Shown: piece after piece, positions 8,809-17,776 of the stretch
How the letters are laid out: every line of letters begins with the position of its first letter
Position numbering within the stretch: the stretch's first letter is position 1
NCBI GenBank assembly: GCA_019244185.1
Contig: JAFATB010000026.1
Span: 96,001-160,000 of the forward strand
Source of the DNA: Acidobacteriota bacterium
Lineage (GTDB): Bacteria; Acidobacteriota; Thermoanaerobaculia; Gp7-AA8
DNA length: 64,000 bases
Direction of reading: 5' to 3'
Made by a program: the position numbers and the translations under genes
The notes under the pieces: model-generated
The model's input: only the letters and a program-made list of their open reading frames with translations
What the model was told of the DNA's origin: nothing
Databases searched by the model: none

Positions 8809-9327
8809 ATGATCTATCCGCCGGACATGTTGGACATCTTGCAATCCGCACGGGCGTCGGCATGGTCCGGCACCGTGTACCGCCACATGTTCGGCTCGTA
8901 CCCGCCGGCCCGTAGCAACACGACCGGCGCTCGCTGGAACGATACGAACCTCGAAGCCATTTACACGAGTTGCGAGCGAGAAACCGCGTTGGCGGAAGCC
9001 GAGTACCACATCGCGATGCAGCCACTTCGACCGCGCGCGAAGCGAACGCTGTACACCATTAACGTATCGCTCAAAAACGTTCTTGACCTCACCGTACCCG
9101 GCCTGCTCGATCAACTCGGGATCACTGCCGACGTTCTCTCCAGCACCGATCACACTCCATGCCGCACGGTCGGCGGTGCCGTGAACTGGCTCGGCCACGA
9201 TGGCCTGCTAGTGCCGTCCGCGCGGCGCATCGCCGGTACAAACCTAGTGATCTTCCAGCAGGATCTCTCAACGACCGAGTTTGAAGTCACAGCCGAAGAG
9301 GTAGTCGCTGAAGACGCTCGGCTGTAG
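8809..9327 (+). CDS. RES-domain toxin (NAD+-targeting)
   Basis: VYR, GARWN, IYTS, ALAE, DGLLVPSAR, NLVIF; abuts the antitoxin stop codon. Confidence 0.92.
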   Translation: MIYPPDMLDILQSARASAWSGTVYRHMFGSYPPARSNTTGARWNDTNLEAIYTSCERETALAEAEYHIAMQPLRPRAKRTLYTINVSLKNVLDLTVPGLLDQLGITADVLSSTDHTPCRTVGGAVNWLGHDGLLVPSARRIAGTNLVIFQQDLSTTEFEVTAEEVVAEDARL

Positions 9328-9376
9328 GCGCGACTCGTCTCGCCGGTGCGCGCACGAGATCGCGACGGAGCCCAAC

Positions 9377-10102
9377 TTGCCCAGCTACTACAACATTCGC
9401 ATCAACTACACCCGGAATAGCGTTCGCCACTTGCCCGATCCTGTGCTGAAGAGAGCCGTGGCGCGCACCCATGTGAGGCTATTCCTGGCGCCGCCCGATT
9501 CGTCACAGATCATCTCCGACGCGTCGATTCCCGATTACCTCGTCACCGATTCGATGATCGATCGGTATCTCATCATCGAACCGCCGCAGGCTTCGGTCAT
9601 GCCGGAGTTCGATGCAATCGTTAACGAGATCGAACGTGCGTACGTGTTTGGCTTGTATTTCTCGGCGCTATCGGCGGCCTGCGTCTCGATCGAGCGAACG
9701 CTGAACCTGCTGCGCATCAAGTTGCACCCCTTTCACCCAGGCACAGCGACGGAGATTGAAGGCCTAGGACCGATCGACAACTGGAAGAAGAACATCGACG
9801 CGCTCGTGCAATGGGGATATCTGCAAGAGGATGATTCAACCGCATTGCTGCGCAAGCAATACTTCATCCGGAGCAAGTATCTGCACAGCGGCCCGCTCGA
9901 TGAGTTACCGGTCGACACTCTGACCAGCATCAACGTCGCGTACGACCTACTAAAAATGACGTTGGCTTTCCCAAACTCTCTTTTCATGTATTCGAGCGGT
10001 GGTATTCGATGTAAAGACCCTTCGCATCCGCTGTTTGTCGCGTTCTATAAGCCGATCATCGTCACGGCGCCTGATGACACGCCTCAAGCTCCATCTGGTT
10101 AA
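9377..10102 (+). CDS. Hypothetical protein, HEPN/DUF4145-like
   Basis: Helical; LYFSAL..AC.SIE followed by RSKYLH (Rx4H); start codon uncertain. Confidence 0.5.
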   Translation: MPSYYNIRINYTRNSVRHLPDPVLKRAVARTHVRLFLAPPDSSQIISDASIPDYLVTDSMIDRYLIIEPPQASVMPEFDAIVNEIERAYVFGLYFSALSAACVSIERTLNLLRIKLHPFHPGTATEIEGLGPIDNWKKNIDALVQWGYLQEDDSTALLRKQYFIRSKYLHSGPLDELPVDTLTSINVAYDLLKMTLAFPNSLFMYSSGGIRCKDPSHPLFVAFYKPIIVTAPDDTPQAPSG

Positions 10103-10219
10103 TGCGATTGTGGGTTTGCGCATGTCGTGCGTGCTATCGAGCGCCTCGCCCGAGCTATCATCGGAAAGCGATCGCGCGTAGCATCACAGCGGACTCCACC
10201 GCCCGCGCCTCAGGCAGCC

Positions 10220-11032
10220 ATGTTTCGAGCTTTTTTTGATGAATCTGAAGTCGATCCTGTCTACCTGGTAGCCGGCTGGGTGGCATCCGCGGAAGAGTGG
10301 ACTAAATTCGATATCGCGTGGAATGCAGCGCTAGCGGCCGATTCCTCCATCCGATACTTCAGTCATCATGATGCGAAGATGTTGAAGGGCGAGTTTGAAG
10401 GGTGGTCGAACGAAGACACTCAGACGAAGCTCGATGCGCTCGTGAAGGTGATTTGCGATCACGAGATGTACGGCGTTACGACCGGCCTCAACACGACGAC
10501 GTGGAGGCAGGCATTCCATTCAGAGCTCAGTCGTAAGCGGTTAAAGGGCATTCTTAAATTTACGCACCACTACCAGTCATGTTTTCACAGCGCTGTCGCG
10601 ATGGTGATGCAACGGCAGCTAGAGTTGGGCCACACGTCTGACGTCGTTGATCTGGTGTTCGATCAGCAAGACGGCCTCTTGAAAGACAGCATCAAGCATT
10701 ACTCGAGCTTTAAAAGCTCATTTCCTCCCGCAGTGCAAAAAATCGCAGGCGAGATTTCGGTCGGGAACGACAAGAACACCCCTGCTCTCCAAGCCGCCGA
10801 TCTTCTGGCCGGCCAGTTAACGACGATGTTGAAGTCTGGACCGGGCCCGACGTATAAAACGATCGTGAAGTGTCATCAGGTGATACACGCGAAAGCCTAT
10901 CCTCCCCAATTCCAGACGTTCCCCGCGATCATCAAAGCGGTCAGTTGGGCATGGACCGAGAAGCGCACGCTAGATGCACAGATTGCCGCGGAGGACGAGC
11001 ATTCACCCGACAAGAAGAGGAACGACAAGTAG
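10220..11032 (+). CDS. DUF3800 (RNase H-like fold) protein
   Basis: AFFDES, YLVAGW, LVFD, PALQAADLLAG signature. Confidence 0.82.
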   Translation: MFRAFFDESEVDPVYLVAGWVASAEEWTKFDIAWNAALAADSSIRYFSHHDAKMLKGEFEGWSNEDTQTKLDALVKVICDHEMYGVTTGLNTTTWRQAFHSELSRKRLKGILKFTHHYQSCFHSAVAMVMQRQLELGHTSDVVDLVFDQQDGLLKDSIKHYSSFKSSFPPAVQKIAGEISVGNDKNTPALQAADLLAGQLTTMLKSGPGPTYKTIVKCHQVIHAKAYPPQFQTFPAIIKAVSWAWTEKRTLDAQIAAEDEHSPDKKRNDK

Positions 11033-11623
11033 CGTCGTGGTTGCATTCGCACCCGTGGACCAGCCTCTAGGGGAGCCCCACATCACTTATAAGCGACCCG
11101 GCCGCAAAATCGGCTGCGGCGGGCTCGAAAACGGCTACCGTGAGCTCCAAAACACTCCCCGGAGCATCATTTAGGCCTTCCGCGGCATCACCGCGAAGTG
11201 CCCCGCGGCCGAAAAATCGTGCCCGGCATCACCCGCGAGTCCCCGGAGCCGATTTTTACGACCCCGGGGCCCGTTTAGCGATCACCGAGCATCGCCGCGA
11301 CGCCACCACCGCCCACTTAAAAGCGATCCGACATCGATGGCGCGCGAAGCCCGATCTCTGCCATTCATGTCGTCCCGGCTCGAAACCACACCCCATCGCT
11401 TTAATCCGACTCGCGCGCACATCACGCCGGCAACGCGCCGGATCACGCCGACGACGCCGCAAGCGATTACGACGGCCGCTCACTTCATGCAGAGTCCCGC
11501 GCAACGCGAAATCATCGTGCGCGAACGCAAAACCATCGCGCATGACTTCCACGCGATCCGCGATCGATTTCCGATGCCCGGCAATCGAATAGCGCTCGCG
11601 CGACTCCGCCCACCCACGCCGCG

Positions 11624-12193
11624 GCGTCACGCCTCTTGCACGCTCGTACCGCGATGAAGCGGCCGTACTTCGCCCGCAACGGTCGCGCCGCCGCGGCTCC
11701 CGCCCCCGCGAGTGGCACGTTCTGCGCGGATGCCACACCCGCCCGCCCTCGCGTCACGCCCGTTGCATGCTCGGACCGCCATGAAGCCGCCGTACTCGCG
11801 GCAACGGTCGCGCCGCTTTCCCCCGCGCGAGTGGCACGCGCATCGCGGACCGCCCGCCGGCCCGCCCGCCCTCGCCGCGACACGTCCGTTGCCTGCCGCC
11901 AGCTGCGGTTAACGTTCGTGCATCGCGTGCAACCGACGTGTCGCGGCTCCCGCCCGCGCAGATGCCATCTGTTGCGCGATCTGCTCCGGTCCCTGCCGCG
12001 CCGCGTCACGTCCGTTGCCGGCCACCAGCTGCGATTACCGTTCGTTCAGCGCGTGTAACCGACGTGACGCGGCTCCCACCCCGCGAGTGGCGCGTGCATC
12101 GCGACCGCCACCCTCCCGCCCTCGCGCGTCACGCCCGTTGCACGCTCGCGGCTCGCTATCGCTCGCCGCCTCGCGCCGCAACGGTCGCGCCAC
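11624..12193. repeat. Tandem array of five ~126-bp units, each with an inverted pair GCGTCAC-N5-TTGC ... GCAA-N5-G(C/T)G(C/T/A)C
   Basis: Unit starts at 11624, 11751, 11877, 12003, 12126; 34-36-nt inner spacers. Confidence 0.85.
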
Positions 12194-12267
12194 GCTCCCG
12201 CCCCCGCACGTGGGGGAGTTCGTCGCCGAGGATCACCGGAACGCCGCCGCCCTTCACCTCTTTTGCC

Positions 12268-12851
12268 TCACGTCCCGCGACGATGAAACAGGTCCGCCGG
12301 CCCTTTCTTCTGCGAGTACTCCGCATGCTTCACCTTGAACCACTCTGTTGTCATCGCGTACGGGTCAGCGCCACGTCTCGCGACGATCCCCTCGAGGTCC
12401 ATCTTCGTGACTGCGTCAATCAACCGGGGATCGTCGGTAGCCTCGACGGTTTGCACCTGGCCGCTTCTCACAACTTTCTCGAGCTCGTGTTTTCGCCGAC
12501 GCAGCGGCAGCGCTCGAAGGTCACTTCCGTTCAACCACAACACATCGAACGCCACATAACTCGCCGGCTTTCGGTCATCATCAGCGAGGAGAAGTCCGGC
12601 CGCCCTTCTCTCATGACCACAATCTCGCCATCGAGGATTACATCGCGGGCGGGGAGCTCCCGCGCGATCGCGTTCGCCAGCGCATCGAAACGTCTCATCG
12701 GCTTCTTCGTCTTCGACAAGAACCGCCCGCGCTCATCCTCGACATACAACGTTCCGCGGAACCCATCCAGCTTCAACTTATATAGCCAATCACGTCCGCG
12801 AGGGACATCACGAACGAGCTTTGGCAGAATGGGATCGGTCTGCGGCAGCAC
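12268..12851 (-). pseudogene. Frameshifted ATP-dependent DNA ligase adenylation domain (LigD/LigC-like)
   Basis: KLDGFR, LDGEIV in one frame; YVAFDVL, LEGIVAR, WFKVK in the next; 1-nt shift near 12574. Confidence 0.8.
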
Positions 12852-12930
12852 GCGATTACACCCCGATCACTTTTAAGGCACCGGCTATCACTGATGCTTG
12901 TCCCATAGTCACTATCCCCGCGCTGCCTAC

Positions 12931-13302
12931 TGTGCTTTTTTTGTTCCGTCCACAGCCCACCCATCACGCAACTGCTCGTTGCATGGCGGTGTGCCGCGCG
13001 ACGTCGCCCGCTGCGTGCTAACACCTCAGCGGCGTCGCGCGCATCGTACCGAGTTTCGTTTGCGTATCCGCACGCTCTACACGCGGTAGCACGCGCCCCC
13101 TCGCCGCGTCACCGCTTTGCAGAGCGGGTTGTACAAACAGGCGCGGCCCATCCGCAAAAGCGGCGCCGCGGCTGCACGCCCGCCCTCGTCGTTCGGTTCA
13201 CTCGCTCATTCACGTTCGCTTCCCCTCCCATGCGCGGTCACGCCGTTTGCAGCGGGTGTTTCTATCGCGGCTGCACCTCCATCGCGGGCAAACGTCGCGC
13301 CC
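12931..13302. repeat. Diverged direct repeat copy 1 (two paired-box units)
   Basis: TGTGCTTTTTTTGTTCCGTCCACAGCCCACCCATCACGCAAC and units at 13106 and 13235 match 14866-15185. Confidence 0.75.
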
Positions 13303-14365
13303 GCGCCCCGGGGAACCTCAAAGGAATGACATTGCTTTGCCGCCCGCCGCCCGGTCCCGCGAGCTCGCCACGCCCGCGTCCGAGGATCCTCGCGAAGGCC
13401 CGCGGCGCGTCACGCCGTTTGCAGTCGCGCGCGAAAAGGAATGCGTCAGTGCGCGCAGCAAACGGCGCGCCACGCCGCTCCTGCATCGCCTGTTGGTTCG
13501 CGCATCCCGGCATCACGTTTCCGCCCGTTCCCGTGGCTCGAGCGCGCGTCGCCTGTGGCTGCGCCTAAGGCCGCCGCTGAAGCTGTCGTGGCCCGCTTCT
13601 CCGTGGCTTCGCGCGTTTCCACGCGCTCGGTTTTCGCAAGCAGGGTAGGGCACTGCTGCGAATCACTTTCAAGCGGTCCACGCAGCTTAGCGGAGCCTTA
13701 GGCGCGAACGGTTTGTCGCGGCCGCACGTTTCCACCGCCCAACCCTTCGGCTTCACGTGCAGCGTCGCCGCGATACCGCGTCGCGGCTGCACGTTTCCCC
13801 CTCGCCGCGGACGCTGCGCCAGGCAGCGCGCCCACCACACACCCTCCCGCGCGGCTGCCGCGGCGCAGCTCGCGGGCCGCATGCGGCGCTGTCGCTGCCG
13901 CAAGCGTCCCGCGCCGCGGCTCCCACCCGGCGCCGCGCCCTGCTCGCTGGGCCGGGCGGCTAATCGCCGCCCCGGCCCAGCATTGCAGGGTTTCCCATTC
14001 GGCGGCTGCGCTCTTGCGACTTCTTCGTCTTTGCGCAGCAGCCTCGCGGTTGCAACAGCGGCATGCCCGGAACGCCCCGCGCTTCGCGCGTTGCGTTCCT
14101 CGTCGTCGATCGCAACCGCATCGGCGCGGCACGCTCCGCCACCCTCGCCGCGCCGCGTGCGCTCGCCTTCGGCTCGCGCACCGCCGCTCCGCGCGACTGC
14201 GGCCGCCCACCGCCCGCGCCCCCTGCCGCCGCAGTCGTGCTCCGCGGCCCGGCGCTTCCACCCTCCCGCCGCGGAACCCAATTACCGTCCGCACCCCCTC
14301 ACATCCGCGGACGGCAATTCGGTTCCGCGGCCCCCGGCGCCGGCGGCGCGGCTCCCGCCCCGGAG

Positions 14366-14650
14366 CTACGCCACCCGCCCATCCTCCGGTGAGACATCGA
14401 CCCACGAGATGCTCCCGCTTCGATGCTCGATGCGTTTCTTCCCGAGGACGTGATGGCCTGCGATCAACTCGCACGTCTTGCCACCGAACAGGCGCGTCTT
14501 CGCTCCGCACGTTCCGATCCGATCGCGCAGTTGCTCCATCTTTCGTCGCGCCGCGTCTTCGCTGAGGGCTGTTTCGTCGAGGTCCGGCCGGCCGTCGATG
14601 TAGCCGTGCCATTTCGATCCGACCTTCTTCGTCGTGATTTCCGCATTCAT
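14366..14650 (-). CDS. Hypothetical 94-aa protein
   Basis: Protein-like composition, unlike neighbouring Arg/Ala-rich shadow ORFs; Cys/His residues in C-half. Confidence 0.55.
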   Translation of the reverse strand: MNAEITTKKVGSKWHGYIDGRPDLDETALSEDAARRKMEQLRDRIGTCGAKTRLFGGKTCELIAGHHVLGKKRIEHRSGSISWVDVSPEDGRVA

Positions 14651-14865
14651 CGTCGAAAAGCCTGTGGATAAATGGAGCGCGAGGTCAACGATCGCGCGTT
14701 CTGCCGCGGTGTGGAGCGCAATGCACAGCCACTTGTTCTACCGCGAGTGGACGCGCGCGGAGGTGTCGGTCACGTCGAAGGCGCGATCATCGCGCGGGGA
14801 GTGAGGCCGCGGCTCCGCTGATGCGTGACTTGCGCTCGAAGCACATTCGTCGTGAGTGGTTCGCT

Positions 14866-15185
14866 TGTGTTTTTTTGTTTCGCCCACGGCCCGCCCATCA
14901 CGCAACCATTCGTGCCATCGGGCGCGCACCGCAACCCTGCTCGCCTCGGCGCGATCCACCAGGTGTAGATCGCGCGCCCCCTCGTGGCGTCACCGTTTTT
15001 GCAGAACGGTCGGATGAAACCGGCGCGGCCCAGCCGCAAAACCGGCGCCGCCACTTCCCACCCTCCCATCGCCTGTGGGTTCGCATCTCTCGGTCGCACG
15101 TTTCCCCCGCCCATGCGCCGTCACGTCGCTTGCAGCGGGTGTCCGTATCGTGCACGCGCATCTCTCGCGGGCAAGCGCCGCGCCG
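14866..15185. repeat. Diverged direct repeat copy 2 (two paired-box units)
   Basis: TGTGTTTTTTTGTTTCGCCCACGGCCCGCCCATCACGCAAC and units at 14987 and 15118. Confidence 0.75.
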
Positions 15186-15271
15186 GCGCCCCCCCACAAA
15201 AATGTCCTATCGCGGCGCGCACATCGCACGGCGGGGTAGGGAAAACCGCGCTCGAATCACTCCTTAAATAA

Positions 15272-15286
15272 CGACAGATTCTGTCG
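15272..15286. promoter_or_regulatory. Palindromic operator-like site
   Basis: CGACAGA-T-TCTGTCG just upstream of the peptide-gene RBS. Confidence 0.35.
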
Positions 15287-15302
15287 AGGAAAAGAGGGCA
15301 AT

Positions 15303-15407
15303 ATGGGAATCAGTGAGACGCACGAGCTTGAGTTTTCCGAGTTCCCGGATTTCGATCAATGGTTTGTCACCGAGTACGTCCCCCTGGCCGGGGGTTGGCA
15401 ATATTGA
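15303..15407 (+). CDS. Unannotated 34-aa putative precursor peptide MGISETHELEFSEFPDFDQWFVTEYVPLAGGWQY
   Basis: GAGGA and GAGGG Shine-Dalgarno-like sites at 15286-15298; ATG 15303; TGA 15405-15407 abuts the next ATG (15408). Confidence 0.72.
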   Translation: MGISETHELEFSEFPDFDQWFVTEYVPLAGGWQY

Positions 15408-16250
15408 ATGGCGTCGTCCCGCCTCTCGGTCGAGGGGCCGGCGTTTGCACAAGCTGTCAAACATGCTACGAAGCTCGTTGACAAACTCGAGATCAACAAT
15501 TGGGACTTCGCCCTCGCACCGGAGCTGTACGCGAAACAATCACGCGCCGACGTTCTGGCGAAGGAGTTGGTGTTCGTCCACGACGGGAGGCAGCAGACGA
15601 TCTACGGTCGCCTCGTGACCGGCGGCTTTGGTGAAACCTTCAACCTAATGGGGCCCATTCACGCCAACGCCGAGTTCCGCCTCCGTGAGACCGACATCTT
15701 TGATCAGGTCCACCGCCACACCGGGACGAAGGGACTTTCCGATCTCGAAGAGTTCCGAGCGCTACCGCCGGCGCAACCCGTCCACCTTTACAACTACACG
15801 TATTTTTTCACGCTGCGCGACCTCATCTTCTGGCACGCGCTGCACAATTCCGGCTCCTATCCCAGCACGTTGGAGCATATGGCTCGCAATTTCCCGATGG
15901 GGAAGGTGATCCAGAACAGCATGTACTCGCCACCGAAGCCATCGTCCGATGATTCGAACCCGGCGATCATGACCTTCGACCGTCTCACCGTGACCTTTCC
16001 GACTCCGCACGTCGAGTGGATGGAGCAGCCGCTGTTCGGGGGGCTGGTGAAAGAGACGATTCAAGTGGAATACCTCGTTACTCCCGATCGAAGCACTGCG
16101 ACGCATCCTTACTTGCCTCTCGTCAACGAGTCCGCGATGGAATGGAAAGGCTCAAAGTGGAACGTTCGTGTTTTCTCCGGCGTCACGCCGAAGGACGCAC
16201 AGGTGGGCCCGGGATATCTGCCCGAGGGAGGAAAGCGAGCTGATTCATGA
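15408..16250 (+). CDS. Hypothetical 280-aa protein (possible peptide-modifying enzyme)
   Basis: Coding-like; coupled to both neighbours; several His (HRH, WHALH); no family recognised. Confidence 0.75.
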   Translation: MASSRLSVEGPAFAQAVKHATKLVDKLEINNWDFALAPELYAKQSRADVLAKELVFVHDGRQQTIYGRLVTGGFGETFNLMGPIHANAEFRLRETDIFDQVHRHTGTKGLSDLEEFRALPPAQPVHLYNYTYFFTLRDLIFWHALHNSGSYPSTLEHMARNFPMGKVIQNSMYSPPKPSSDDSNPAIMTFDRLTVTFPTPHVEWMEQPLFGGLVKETIQVEYLVTPDRSTATHPYLPLVNESAMEWKGSKWNVRVFSGVTPKDAQVGPGYLPEGGKRADS

Positions 16251-17776
16251 CCGCCGTCGGGTTGAACGTCCGCGGAGAGATTCCAACCGCGGTGCAAGGT
16301 TCATTCATCGTAGCGATGAGCCGTCGCGACAAGCGGCATGACCACTTTTCAAGGTGGCACGACTCGCAAGCAGATCTCGTTCGCATCGACGTGATTCCCG
16401 GCCGCCCGGGACGAGCAAGCGCTCAACTACTCGAGGTTGATCCTAGCGGTGCAAGCGTCGGTGACGGCTTCGCTTCGACAGAGTTCGACCGAGCAAGCTA
16501 TCGCACGGAGCCGCGATACGGCTACGCGACGCAACCAAACCACGGTCTCAACCTGGCCGGAAACACCTTGTGGGCGACGAATCTACTCTTCGGTGCTCCA
16601 CTGGAGATTGATGTTCCGCGCTGGCGTGCCACGCGAATTCTTCGATACGTCACCCCGTCCGTAGGTGCTCCGCGTGTAAGCGGAACGTCCCACTTCGCGT
16701 GGAGTTTGGATGGGCGCTACGCCTACTTCCACCAGTCGCTATTCGCTCAGCGGACAAACGGACCAGTCGCCACCGAGGACCTCCGGCTCGTCCGGCTCGA
16801 CGTCCGCACCGGCGCAGAAAAAATCTGGACGCTTATCCCGCCCGATGCTGATCGCGCGAGCTCCGAGATCAACTTTCATTCAGCGTTCTATTTCGAGGAA
16901 GCCGGGAAACGATTCGTTGGCCTTCTCAAGACCGGTGCGATCGTCGAGAATCTGGCACCGCACACGATGCCGTTTGATCACACCGTCATTCCCATGACTG
17001 CTTCAACGATTTGGATCGTTGAGCTTGATGAGAACCGGTCCGACTTGAAGGCCTCGCTTCTCGCCGGCATTCGCGAAGTCGATGGTCTCGCGCTCTCTCA
17101 CTTGGACGTCGACAACCGATCCGGCGATGGCTTCGTTCTGTTTGCCAATTACAAAGAAGCGGACGTCGCTGAGGAGACTCATGGCTCCAATATCTTCGAC
17201 GAAGCGCCCGAAGTCGTGTCCGAGCACTATGCGGGAATGACCGTGCAGCCTATCAATGTGGGTCAAGTCATCCGCGTGGCTCGGAAGAACGGCACGACAA
17301 CCATCCGGTCGTTCAAGCGTCATTACGACGTGGGACGAACTTCTCTGGGCCACACTTGGATGCCGATCAATATCGAGCTCGACGAATCAAGATCACATCT
17401 CTTCTGCAGTTTTGCGGGATTACGACCACGGCTCGTTCCACGACACATCTCTACGGCATATCCAACGCGAGTATTTGACCCGAAAAACGTGTCGTACGTC
17501 CCACCCGTCCTGATGCGATTCGATGCTGACACGCTCGAGCCGGAGTACAGCAAACGTCGTGACTATCTCAGCTATGCGGAACCGATCGCGATGACTGTGG
17601 TCGGCCGCGTCGGCGACGGCTATGTCTGTACCTTTTCGCCCGAAGTTGGCTTGCGCATGTATCGTGCGGACGACCTTTCGACCATGGTGGCTCACATCAA
17701 CTGTCATCCCATCTGGCAATGGGGCGACACTCACTTTCACCCAGAACCAGCTCACATGATCTTCGCTGCGAGATGA
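16247..17776 (+). CDS. Predicted beta-propeller protein, possibly a His-ligated metalloenzyme
   Basis: Blade-like repeats (FAWSLDGRYAYF, IELDESRSHLFCS); His motifs TSHF, NFHSA, LSHL, C-terminal PAHM. Confidence 0.65.
   Translation: MTAVGLNVRGEIPTAVQGSFIVAMSRRDKRHDHFSRWHDSQADLVRIDVIPGRPGRASAQLLEVDPSGASVGDGFASTEFDRASYRTEPRYGYATQPNHGLNLAGNTLWATNLLFGAPLEIDVPRWRATRILRYVTPSVGAPRVSGTSHFAWSLDGRYAYFHQSLFAQRTNGPVATEDLRLVRLDVRTGAEKIWTLIPPDADRASSEINFHSAFYFEEAGKRFVGLLKTGAIVENLAPHTMPFDHTVIPMTASTIWIVELDENRSDLKASLLAGIREVDGLALSHLDVDNRSGDGFVLFANYKEADVAEETHGSNIFDEAPEVVSEHYAGMTVQPINVGQVIRVARKNGTTTIRSFKRHYDVGRTSLGHTWMPINIELDESRSHLFCSFAGLRPRLVPRHISTAYPTRVFDPKNVSYVPPVLMRFDADTLEPEYSKRRDYLSYAEPIAMTVVGRVGDGYVCTFSPEVGLRMYRADDLSTMVAHINCHPIWQWGDTHFHPEPAHMIFAAR

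Noticed and set aside
11160-11590. Weak ~21-nt periodicity (CCGGAGC/GCGGC-ATC) suggesting a heptad-repeat gene or minisatellite
   Set aside because: Too degenerate to define units or a convincing reading frame by eye.
11624-12193. CRISPR array (34-36-nt variable segments at regular period)
   Set aside because: The intervening ~90-nt segments are not identical repeats, spacers are pairwise homologous (1~2, 3~4), and no cas genes are in the window.
13117-14612. Long overlapping Arg/Ala/Pro-rich ORFs on both strands
   Set aside because: Low-complexity products expected from very GC-rich non-coding repeat DNA; no RBS or motifs.
11624-15185. Integron attC cassette array
   Set aside because: Boxes do not fit RYYYAAC...GTTRRRY, most units enclose no ORF, and the integrase shows no recognisable IntI features.
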